This document shows positions 7,261-14,575 of a DNA stretch of 43,658 bases, piece by piece (positions within the stretch are counted from its first letter, which is position 1; each line of letters begins with the position of its first letter). This stretch comes from a virus. Location: positions 1 through 43,658 of the IMG/VR virus record IMGVR_UViG_3300017698_000020; one strand, written 5' to 3'. The notes beneath the pieces were generated by a model. It saw only the letters and a list, made by a program, of their open reading frames with translations. It ran no database searches and was not told the origin of the DNA. Made by a program: the position numbers and the translations under genes.

Positions 7261-7985
7261 AACCAATCGCACACTTCAGCGCGGCAATGCTCGCGTCAGC
7301 AAACACCTTCGCCGGCACTACTGACGTGCGGTACTACCTGAATGGCGTCAACGTGCGCCCCGCCGCGGATGGCGGGGTAATCATTGCCGCGACCAATGGG
7401 CATGCAATCTTCGTGTGCCGCGACCCAGACGGATGGTGCAGCAAGGAGATGATCATCGCACCCTGCAAGGCGCTGATTTCCGCTGCGCGCAAGAAGTCTG
7501 CCGGCCTGTTCGTGGTGGCAGATAATGGAACAGGCATGGTGATCGACAGCATCCAGTCGTCAGCCTCGGAATCCAGTCCCGCTGAAATCGCGTCCCGCCA
7601 GGCGGAAGCTCCCGCTGAGACAACTGCACTCGGCACGCTCAAGCTGATCGACGGGAAGTTCCCCGATGCCGCCAGAGTGATGGACGGGTTTGCCGAGACG
7701 AACACGCCGATCCTTGTGAACGAGAACTACATTGCGCAGCTCAAGTCGACATTCTCTAGGCTCAGCGACAGCAATTACACTGCAGTCGATATTCGTTCAG
7801 GTGGGGACAAGATACTCGCCCGGTGCAGTGATCAAGCCGTTCAGGCTGCCGTGCTCATCATGGGCATGTCTGCAGACGCCCTGCCGACATTCAGCAGTGA
7901 ATGGCTGGCGGAGCCCAAGCAGGAGCCCAAGCCCAAGAAGCGTATCCGTGTCGTTGCAGGCGGCAAGGTGGAGGATCAGTCATGA
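7257..7985 (+). CDS. Truncated DNA polymerase III beta sliding-clamp-like protein, 242 aa
   Basis: The start overlaps the recT stop (ATGA). TDVRYYLNGVNVRPAADGGVIIAATNGHAIFV parallels E. coli DnaN QDVRYYLNGMLFE...TVATDGHRLAV. KLIDGKFPDAARVM parallels KLVDGRFPDYRRVLP. The C-terminal NENYIAQL...AAVLIMGM parallels FNVSYVLDVL...AAYVVMPMR. The N-terminal clamp domain is absent. Confidence 0.6.
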   Translation: MKPIAHFSAAMLASANTFAGTTDVRYYLNGVNVRPAADGGVIIAATNGHAIFVCRDPDGWCSKEMIIAPCKALISAARKKSAGLFVVADNGTGMVIDSIQSSASESSPAEIASRQAEAPAETTALGTLKLIDGKFPDAARVMDGFAETNTPILVNENYIAQLKSTFSRLSDSNYTAVDIRSGGDKILARCSDQAVQAAVLIMGMSADALPTFSSEWLAEPKQEPKPKKRIRVVAGGKVEDQS

Positions 7986-8293
7986 CAGCCCGACATCAGC
8001 TCAAGTGCGAGAAGACAGGATGGTACCCCGGCATGGTGTGCCTCGATCTGGTACCCAACAGCCCGCGCATCACGATACCGGTGAACGGCGTGCGACTGAT
8101 CCACGTCATCATTGACGACATCGCCCCGCCCTTCCCCGTGTCGGTCGAGAACGTCTACGCCTACGCACGGACGCGCGGCCCGAAGGAGCGCATGCTGCTC
8201 GACGGCCTGGCCGACGCCGCATTATGCGTGGATGGATTCATTCTCAGGATGATGGAGGCGAGCGATGCCGGTAAGAACGCCGATCAGCCCTGA
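7982..8293 (+). CDS. Hypothetical protein, 103 aa
   Basis: The ATG at 7982 overlaps the upstream TGA (ATGA). No motif recognised. Confidence 0.55.
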   Translation: MTARHQLKCEKTGWYPGMVCLDLVPNSPRITIPVNGVRLIHVIIDDIAPPFPVSVENVYAYARTRGPKERMLLDGLADAALCVDGFILRMMEASDAGKNADQP

Positions 8294-8897
8294 GACGATC
8301 GACCGGCTTGTGCAGCTAGCCGAGTCTGGCTGCACGTCCACCGAGATCATGGCGGAGCTCGGAGTCTCAAGCTCTACCGTCTACAAGTTCGCCCGCCACA
8401 AGATCAAGCGGGGGAAGGTTGGGCACGACTGGACGCGCGAGCAGGTGCAATTCCTTGACGACCATTACCTGGTCGACATGACGGCGCGCGAGGTCGCTGA
8501 TGCGCTTGGCCTGGCGCGCAACCAGGTGAAGGCCAAGGCCTGCCACATCGGCATTGCCGCCACGCGCAGCCCGCTGCACATCATCCAGAAGCCCGAGCTT
8601 CAGACACTCATCACGATGGCGTGCGCAGGCGAGAGCGTCGCCGACATCGCCGAGCGCACCGGAGTTGCCAAGCAGACCATCCTGCACCACATCAACAAGC
8701 GCAAGACAGTGCATCGCCTATGGATCAGGCACGCACCGGAGCGACGGTCAGAGGCCCACCGCAAGGTGTACCAGGAAGGTCGCGGGGGCTTCGCACGAAT
8801 CAATCGAGAGCGGAGGAAAGATCATGGCTCAGTACCATCGACTGCTGGAGCACCTACAGAAGCGCGGAACGATAGACCCGATGCAGGCCTGGGGTGA
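8265..8897 (+). CDS. Multi-HTH DNA-binding protein, 210 aa
   Basis: A GGAGG SD lies 6 nt upstream. There are three HTH-like units: IDRLVQLAESGCTSTEIMAELGVSSSTVYKF, WTREQVQFLDDHY..MTAREVADALGLARNQV and LITMACAGESVADIAERTGVAKQTILHHI. The 3' end overlaps the next gene by 74 nt, so that end is uncertain. Confidence 0.6.
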   Translation: MPVRTPISPETIDRLVQLAESGCTSTEIMAELGVSSSTVYKFARHKIKRGKVGHDWTREQVQFLDDHYLVDMTAREVADALGLARNQVKAKACHIGIAATRSPLHIIQKPELQTLITMACAGESVADIAERTGVAKQTILHHINKRKTVHRLWIRHAPERRSEAHRKVYQEGRGGFARINRERRKDHGSVPSTAGAPTEARNDRPDAGLG

Positions 8898-9030
8898 GCT
8901 GGGCATCTACCGTCTGGCGGCGCGCATCAATGAGCTGCGCAATCGCGGCCATGACATAGAGTGCCGGCGCGTTGAAACGAAGAATAGATGGGGGGAGGTA
9001 TGCAGTTACGCTGAGTATCGGCTACGATAG
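8824..9030 (+). CDS. Winged-helix DNA-binding protein (HTH_39-like), 68 aa
   Basis: The ATG at 8824 follows a GGAGGAAA SD. MAQYHRLLEHLQKRGTIDPMQAWGELGIYRLAARINELRNRGHDIECRRVETKNRWGEVCSYAEYRL matches the pattern of the small phage HTH_39 family (from memory). Confidence 0.65.
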   Translation: MAQYHRLLEHLQKRGTIDPMQAWGELGIYRLAARINELRNRGHDIECRRVETKNRWGEVCSYAEYRLR

Positions 9031-9063
9031 AAGGGTGAGCTGTTCTTGCGATGTCAGTAGTTG

Positions 9064-9093
9064 CCGGCCCTTGTCAGGGGGGCCGGTTTTTTT
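9064..9093 (+). terminator. Rho-independent terminator of the rightward operon
   Basis: The stem is CCGGCCC (9064-9070) paired with GGGCCGG (9080-9086), followed by T7 (9087-9093). It lies at the convergence point with the minus-strand late operon. Confidence 0.75.
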
Positions 9094-9104
9094 GTGCCTG
9101 CGAT

Positions 9105-9290
9105 TCAGTCTCGAAGTCGTGCGCCGACCGCCCCGAGGATGCCGCCGGCAGCGGTGGCCACCTCGATAGGAATTTCGATGCCCGTGAACGTCGGGATTGC
9201 CCAAGCGAGAATCACCCCAAGACTGATGCCAGCCGTGTCGGCGTTATCCTTGGTCGCCCGCTTCACGCTGCCTTCCGTCTTCTCGTTCAT
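9105..9290 (-). CDS. Small membrane protein, 61 aa
   Basis: The ATG at 9290 overlaps the DUF1353 stop (ATGA). The sequence MNEKTEGSVKRATKDNADTAGISLGVILAWAIPTFTGIEIPIEVATAAGGILGAVGARLRD has hydrophobic segments. It is the last gene of the late operon. Confidence 0.5.
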   Translation of the reverse strand: MNEKTEGSVKRATKDNADTAGISLGVILAWAIPTFTGIEIPIEVATAAGGILGAVGARLRD

Positions 9291-9679
9291 GCCCAGCCCC
9301 CTTTTCCGAATGTCGATACCGCCCGATAGAACATGCAGGCCACCGTGCTGCTGGCGCCCTGGCTCAGCATGACGGCGCGGAACATGTTGTCGGCCCGCGC
9401 CTTGCTCATCGATCGGTACAGGTGTGAGTAGCAGTAGTCGTGCAGGATGGACGCACAGAGCGATGGCGCGTAGTCCGGAGAGAACAGCCAGTGCAGCCAT
9501 TTTGGAATAGACGCCTTGTCGGTGCGGTACCCTGCCGGCACGACGAACAGCTCGCCGTCGACTATCACCTCGAAGTCAGTCACCAGATCGAAGCGACGAA
9601 CGCCCGGAGCCAGCCACGGCGCCCAGGCGCTACGCGCCACCTCAATCAGTATCGGCTGTCGCTCAATCGTGATCTGCAT
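9287..9679 (-). CDS. DUF1353-like protein, 130 aa
   Basis: FVVPAGYRTDKASIPKWL...SILHDYCY...RADNMF matches the DUF1353 signature (F.vP.Gf.TDgaSiP ... HD..Y ... D..f) from memory. Confidence 0.7.
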   Translation of the reverse strand: MQITIERQPILIEVARSAWAPWLAPGVRRFDLVTDFEVIVDGELFVVPAGYRTDKASIPKWLHWLFSPDYAPSLCASILHDYCYSHLYRSMSKARADNMFRAVMLSQGASSTVACMFYRAVSTFGKGGWA

Positions 9680-10097
9680 AGAGCCCAGCCGCTTGGTCGA
9701 TCCAGTCCAGCAAGGTCAGCACCCGCACCTTGCGCTCGTCGGGCAGCTCGGGCATATCCTGGGTGATGGTGTGCTCGATCTGAGAAAGCAGCGCCTGCAC
9801 CAGCATTGCATCAGCGGGCTCCATGCTGGCGAAGTCAATCTCGCCGGTTGCCTGCGCCATCAGATCATCAAGCGCCAGCTCGCCATCGGACTCAACGTAG
9901 GTGCGAACCTTGGCCGTCACGTCCATGACGCCTTGCCCGGTCACGCTGTCGGAGCTGCCAATAACCTTGGCCACCGCGTACTTCACTGGCAGCTCAGCCT
10001 CAGCACCAATACCGCTGGTGATGCCCGAGACAGTCGAGCAGGCCGACAGGGATAGAGCGAATACAGATGCCACGATGACACGAATCATTTTGCGCAT
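9663..10097 (-). CDS. Lipoprotein, 144 aa
   Basis: The N-terminus MRKMIRVIVASVFALSLSAC has a lipobox (LSAC) with Cys20. A GGAG SD lies 7 nt upstream. There is no C-terminal TM segment and the protein is not Pro-rich, which is atypical for an o-spanin. Confidence 0.75.
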   Translation of the reverse strand: MRKMIRVIVASVFALSLSACSTVSGITSGIGAEAELPVKYAVAKVIGSSDSVTGQGVMDVTAKVRTYVESDGELALDDLMAQATGEIDFASMEPADAMLVQALLSQIEHTITQDMPELPDERKVRVLTLLDWIDQAAGLYADHD

Positions 10098-10124
10098 TGT
10101 GATACTCCAGTTGTGGCCTGGCCG

Positions 10125-10676
10125 TTATTGGCAGGCTTCCTCAATGAGAACGTCGGCGAGTGCAGCCGCCAGTGCGTTCTTGTTCTGTTGGTAGGCCTCG
10201 ATGTCTCCCGTGTTGGTCAGGAAGAACAGCTCGAGGATGATGCCGCCGCCGTCTGACACGAACGCCAGGCGGGAGTGCTGCCCGGCATTCTCAGGCTTGG
10301 CCCCGCGGTTGCGCAGGCCTAGCGCGTCGACAGTCGCCTTCAGGAACTTGCTGGCCAGGGCGAAGTCTTCCCGCTTGCTCAGCGTCTCCACCCCGGTCGC
10401 TGCTGGCGTTGCAGCGTTGCAGTGGAACTCGACAGCAATGTCGGCCGCAGCCGCCATCTTGGTTGCAGAGCTCAGCGACATGTTGACGAACTCTGCCCCG
10501 TCGCGGGAGAACTTGATGCGCCCCTCCAGTTGGGCGCACACCAGGTAGCGCAGCTCGAGCACGATGTCGGCCTCAGTGATGCCGTTCGCCGCGGCCCCGG
10601 AGTCAGTGTCGCTATGCCCTGCACTGACGAATACCGTGCGCGTCTGCGCAGCAGTGCGATCAATCCACTCGGTCAC
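10125..10676 (-). CDS. N-acetylmuramoyl-L-alanine amidase endolysin (Amidase_3-like), 183 aa
   Basis: VFVSAGHSDTDSGA...TEADIVLEL...AVEFHCNAA...GVETL fits the Zn amidase_3 pattern. The GTG at 10676 has a GGAGG SD 7 nt upstream and overlaps the holin 3' end by 17 nt. Confidence 0.8.
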   Translation of the reverse strand: MTEWIDRTAAQTRTVFVSAGHSDTDSGAAANGITEADIVLELRYLVCAQLEGRIKFSRDGAEFVNMSLSSATKMAAAADIAVEFHCNAATPAATGVETLSKREDFALASKFLKATVDALGLRNRGAKPENAGQHSRLAFVSDGGGIILELFFLTNTGDIEAYQQNKNALAAALADVLIEEACQ

Positions 10677-10992
10677 TATGTCGCCTCCAGCCGCCAGCGC
10701 GCACCCGGTGCAGGTACACCGCGCCACACAGCAGCGTCAGAATCATGTATGCCGACAGCGTGTTGTCGAAGATCAGCCACGCCATCCCTTCGTTACTGTA
10801 GCCGCGCCCCTCAATCGCATGGTTCACCCGGAAGATGATCATGCTTGTGCCGAGCAGGGACGCCATCAGTCCGCCCAGTCTCAGCCACCGACTGAAGCCG
10901 CACGTTACGCGCGACGCCAGCCAGATCAGATAGACCCCGCCGATTACGACGGGAAGGTACAGCATTGCAGTGAAAAGATACGAGTAGGTCAT
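10660..10992 (-). CDS. Holin candidate, 110 aa, multi-TM
   Basis: Three or four hydrophobic helices (LFTAMLYLPVVIGGVYLIWLA, LGGLMASLLGTSMIIF, AWLIFDNTLSAYMILTLLCGAVYL) and a basic C-terminus. It lies immediately upstream of the endolysin and has an ATGA overlap with the upstream gene. Confidence 0.6.
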   Translation of the reverse strand: MTYSYLFTAMLYLPVVIGGVYLIWLASRVTCGFSRWLRLGGLMASLLGTSMIIFRVNHAIEGRGYSNEGMAWLIFDNTLSAYMILTLLCGAVYLHRVRAGGWRRHSDRVD

Positions 10993-11387
10993 TGGCTCAA
11001 GGCCTCTTTGATGGCAAAGAAGATTGTTCCTATTGCCCCTGTAAAGACCACCCCTGCAGCCCAGCGCGTGATTCTGTTTGTCGTCTTGTTACTCATCACG
11101 TCATCCCGCAGGCCGGCCAAGGACTTGACCATATCCTCAGTGTCTCCCTGCCTGCGGTCAGTTACCGCCATGCGCAATTCCATCTTGTGCATGTCACTCT
11201 TGATCTGCTGCACCTCCCCGTCAATGTGCGGCAACCGCTTGGACTGCTCGGCCAGCTCAATCACCAACGTCGTGAGCCGGTCTAGCTTGTCCTCAGACTT
11301 CTGCATGTGCTCCTTCATGGACGGCAGCAGGTGACTGACCTGCTGCTCGAGCACTGTAATGCGGTGATTGCTTCTGTCTTCCTGCAT
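10989..11387 (-). CDS. Coiled-coil protein with C-terminal TM anchor (XhlA-like architecture), 132 aa
   Basis: The ATG at 11387 follows AGGAGGGGG. A long heptad-like region (ITVLEQQVSHL...KLDRLTTLVIELAEQ...) precedes the C-terminal TM segment WAAGVVFTGAIGTIFFAI. It is the first gene of the lysis block. Confidence 0.5.
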   Translation of the reverse strand: MQEDRSNHRITVLEQQVSHLLPSMKEHMQKSEDKLDRLTTLVIELAEQSKRLPHIDGEVQQIKSDMHKMELRMAVTDRRQGDTEDMVKSLAGLRDDVMSNKTTNRITRWAAGVVFTGAIGTIFFAIKEALSQ

Positions 11388-11534
11388 GCCCCCTCCTATT
11401 GTTGATACGGGCACCTTCAGATAACACATGGCTTCGCTATAAATTGAACATCAAGACCCCATGCTTTAAATGACAAGATCATGGCGACGAGGCGCGATCA
11501 TCGACTCGCGATTGGCGTGATGCGGCATAGCAGG

Positions 11535-13532
11535 TCACACAATCCCCGTAATGAGTCCGCCAGTAACCGTGATGGTCTTCCCATCAGCAGAAGTGAACGA
11601 ACCAGAGGCCCCAACTTGACCAGCCGCCTCAAACCCTTGATTGGCGGAGATTCGCCGAGTAGAGCCTGAGAACTTGGCAACTTGTGACGTAGACCCACCA
11701 CTCTTGAGGAACAGCACAAGGTCGCTTGATTCATCGCCATCTGTGTTACTGGAGAAGTCGGTACGGAGTTGGGACGCCAGCTCAATATTGCCAGCGCTAT
11801 CAGGGCCATATGCCGAGTAGCTGGCCACCTGATAACCGCCGGATGTTGCATAGTCTTGCCGATCATTCCTCAAAGCATGGCGAAGAGCTGCACCCCCCTC
11901 CATTTGGCTGGTCAGGTAGTCTTCAACAAAACCCGCCCCTGCGTTTGTATTAGTCACCCCTACGGATGCAATACGAGACGCATCGGATAGGAGTTTAAAC
12001 GTAGGCCACAGGTTATCCCCTGCCCCTCCAATCTTGACATTACGGAACGCAAGACCACCGCCCACAGATGCTGGAGTCTTTACACCGATACCACCACAGT
12101 TAAACTGCGTGGAGTTAAAGACTGCGTTTGCCCGCTTAATAACACGGACGCTGCACGCACAGTTTGCATCGTCTGTATAGAATCCTGACTCAAGGAATTC
12201 AATATTACCGACAAGCAGGTCATCGACGCCCTCGAGGAGGAGCGCCGTCGGATTCCCCGTGTAGTCTGGAAGACCCTTTCCTTTGGGAATGTAGAGGTAG
12301 ATGTTGTTGGCTACAATCTGACGGTGGTACTTCAGGTGAATGTTGGATGTGTAGCTAGACACGTGCAGGTTGGAAATTGCCCCACCCGGTTCGTACAACG
12401 AAAGTCCTTCTTGGTCGGACGTGTGGAGAAGGGAGAACCCCTTGTCCTGACCAACAAGGAACGCGTCGTGCAGACGAAAATCCTCGAAGTCACTATCAGA
12501 CGGGTTTGAGGGGTTGTCGTCCCTACCCTCAATCACGAGGCCGTTAAGAGCATACCCTGTGCACTGAATATCCCCAATTTCAGGGGAGTAGCAATTCTTG
12601 AAGTGCGCCATATGGGTACGACCCGTAAGGGTGTATAGCGGCTCGTTGGTGTCGGTATCAAACGGGAAGTTAGAACCTCGGCAATAAATATCATCCGCGT
12701 AAGGCCACCACTTGTTCTCAACCAGGAGCTGCTTGGTGAAGTTGCCACGGTCGGCCCGCTCACCTGAGGTAGTTCCGTACCCGCCAAAGTATAGGTCACT
12801 GAGGTGGACTGTCCGGCGAGGCTGGGCGCCGAAGCTGGGGGTGCCTTGAGTCAGGGTTGAGTCTACGTGCAAGCCAATGCCGTTCGTGGTTGCGGCGTCA
12901 GCATCAAAGTCGGACAGGAAGCCCATCCCGCCAACAGAGAACAGCTCGTCGTTCTTGTCAGAAGTAAGGTAAACGCACCCCGTCGTGTTTCCCTCATTGG
13001 CAACAAGATAAGTCTCAGAAGACCCAGCACCGACTAGGGAGATTGATGGAGTGCCTGTTGAAGGAGTCCCCGAGGGAGCCACAGTGCAGATGACTCTCTG
13101 ACTGAATCGGTATGTCCCAGCAGGAACAACGATCTTAACTCCATTGTAGGAGCTAGCGACTACTTCTGAGGCGTAGTCAAAAGCTGCCTGCCATGCGGCA
13201 TAGTTGTCTGTAGCGTCGTCACCAGAAGCTCCAAAATCCAGTACGTTTATGGTATCGGAAAACCTGCTCGCAAGGTCTCGACGAACGCTGCTACCTGCAG
13301 ACAGGACTCCAAGCCCAGAGGGGTCGCCCGCCGCAATAATCGCCCAATTGACGCCGCCATCTGAGGCAGGGTCGCTAGAACCATCGCCGCCATCAAGTAG
13401 CTGGTAGTTCTTACCCAGGCGGCGCACAGTCGAACCCGCAACAAGGTTATCAGGATTAATATCCCCCCAATCCTGTCCAGATAGCGGGACTCCATCAAGA
13501 TTCTCGATTGAGTTTGCTCTAACTTTGCTCAT
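11535..13532 (-). CDS. Tailspike with pectate-lyase-type right-handed beta-helix (probable depolymerase), 665 aa
   Basis: INVLDFGASGDDATDNYAAWQAAFDYA is the typical Pectate_lyase_3 N-cap motif. The start overlaps the fiber stop (ATGA). My hand counts give about 50-52% G+C, well below the genome background. Confidence 0.8.
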   Translation of the reverse strand: MSKVRANSIENLDGVPLSGQDWGDINPDNLVAGSTVRRLGKNYQLLDGGDGSSDPASDGGVNWAIIAAGDPSGLGVLSAGSSVRRDLASRFSDTINVLDFGASGDDATDNYAAWQAAFDYASEVVASSYNGVKIVVPAGTYRFSQRVICTVAPSGTPSTGTPSISLVGAGSSETYLVANEGNTTGCVYLTSDKNDELFSVGGMGFLSDFDADAATTNGIGLHVDSTLTQGTPSFGAQPRRTVHLSDLYFGGYGTTSGERADRGNFTKQLLVENKWWPYADDIYCRGSNFPFDTDTNEPLYTLTGRTHMAHFKNCYSPEIGDIQCTGYALNGLVIEGRDDNPSNPSDSDFEDFRLHDAFLVGQDKGFSLLHTSDQEGLSLYEPGGAISNLHVSSYTSNIHLKYHRQIVANNIYLYIPKGKGLPDYTGNPTALLLEGVDDLLVGNIEFLESGFYTDDANCACSVRVIKRANAVFNSTQFNCGGIGVKTPASVGGGLAFRNVKIGGAGDNLWPTFKLLSDASRIASVGVTNTNAGAGFVEDYLTSQMEGGAALRHALRNDRQDYATSGGYQVASYSAYGPDSAGNIELASQLRTDFSSNTDGDESSDLVLFLKSGGSTSQVAKFSGSTRRISANQGFEAAGQVGASGSFTSADGKTITVTGGLITGIV

Positions 13533-14575
13533 TGCACTTCCCCATTAGCAACTGTCCAGAAAGACCCCTCGCCAACTGTTACCGTTGCAGAGGGCGATAC
13601 ATTGATAGCAGGCCCAAAAGACCAGGCATTTTTCCCTGCCGGTATTGTTACGCTATTCCCGACTGATTGGTCATGCCAGGATATGGGAGAGAACGCCGAC
13701 GCCTCCAGCGGAATATTGCCAGTTAGCTGAGCTTGCAGGTTGGCGTCCCCCTCTGCTCTAGCCTGCACCTCATTGGCATCTGCTGTCGCCCTGATCTGAG
13801 CTTCATTGGCGTCCGCCTCCGCTCGAGTCTGCGCCTCGTTGGCATCTGCCGTCGCCCTGATCTGAGCTTCAGCAGAATCAGCATCCGCCCTGATCTGAGC
13901 CTCGTTGGCGAGCGCTGCCGTGTTGCGATCCTTTTCAGCCTCGACTTTCGCGTCCGTGTAGCCTTCGGAGAATCCGCGCGTGGCTGCGTCAGTATCAGCC
14001 ACAGGGGCAGACAAGTTGCCGAGCCGCTTTCCCTTTGCATCCCAGTGCCCAGATGTCTGGGTTATCACGTCGTTACTGAATCGCTCGTCCATCTGCGACT
14101 TGCTGACTGCATCTTGATCCTCTTCGGCGTCAGCAATGTTTTCTATCCGGTACCCGCCTGCGTCATACCCTTCGCTGGCAGCAGGCTGTCGCAGAGATCG
14201 GTCTATCTCCTCCTGCTGCTGCTGATCGATCATGCGGGATCGATCGAACTCATCTTCGACTACTTCAGGATAGTAAGCGCCCTGGTTGCGCAGGTCTGTC
14301 CCCTGAGTAATGTCGATAACTCGAAGGATGGTAAGCGTCTCACCTGCCGCCAGTGGGTCGCCAGATACCGGGTACGTGACCTCGCCGCCATCCTCGTCCC
14401 CGGCGCCCGACACCGTATAGTCGGTGCCTTCAGCCAGAAGAGCCTGATTGTTCTCTGAGTCGGTCAGATAGACCTTGAGGTCGCTGCTTTCGAAAATCCG
14501 AAAGGCGTAGGGGAAAACAGTGGCAGAGTCATTGCCCTGGTACTGCTCCCGGTTGTCATTCGTTGGGACGGTCAT
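13529..14575 (-). CDS. Tail fiber protein with T7 gp17-like N-terminal anchor, 348 aa
   Basis: YQGNDSATVFPYAFRIF..DLKVYL...DYTV...LTILRVIDITQGTDLRNQGAYYPEVVEDEFDRSRMIDQQQQEE...GGYRIENIADAEEDQDAVSKSQMDE parallels the T7 gp17 N-domain (...DARGRRIVNLANAVDDRDAVPFGQL). The middle contains 11-aa repeats. Confidence 0.75.
   Translation of the reverse strand: MTVPTNDNREQYQGNDSATVFPYAFRIFESSDLKVYLTDSENNQALLAEGTDYTVSGAGDEDGGEVTYPVSGDPLAAGETLTILRVIDITQGTDLRNQGAYYPEVVEDEFDRSRMIDQQQQEEIDRSLRQPAASEGYDAGGYRIENIADAEEDQDAVSKSQMDERFSNDVITQTSGHWDAKGKRLGNLSAPVADTDAATRGFSEGYTDAKVEAEKDRNTAALANEAQIRADADSAEAQIRATADANEAQTRAEADANEAQIRATADANEVQARAEGDANLQAQLTGNIPLEASAFSPISWHDQSVGNSVTIPAGKNAWSFGPAINVSPSATVTVGEGSFWTVANGEVQ
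13736..13920. repeat. Tandem 33-bp repeats (about 5.5 copies) inside the fiber gene
   Basis: Units start at 13736, 13769, 13802, 13835, 13868 and 13901 (for example ctcattggcatctgctgtcgccctgatctgagc). They encode ADANEAQIRAT-type hendecad repeats. Confidence 0.85.

Noticed and set aside
9105-9500. N-terminally extended versions of tracker ORFs (9105..9500, 2516..3583, 123..1409, 25096..27681, 27615..28313, 39854..40522, 41086..41364, 10125..10727, 5039..5965).
   Set aside because: The extensions overlap the preceding gene, are compositionally junk-like, and lack SD sequences. Internal starts with SDs and start/stop coupling give products beginning at conserved family N-termini, for example [11 protein letters not shown] for RdgC.
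11535-14575. A diversity-generating retroelement targeting the fiber or tailspike, as in BPP-1-like phages with similar head genes.
   Set aside because: No reverse transcriptase ORF exists anywhere in the genome, and I found no template/variable repeat pair. The only repeats are the in-frame 33-bp tandem units.
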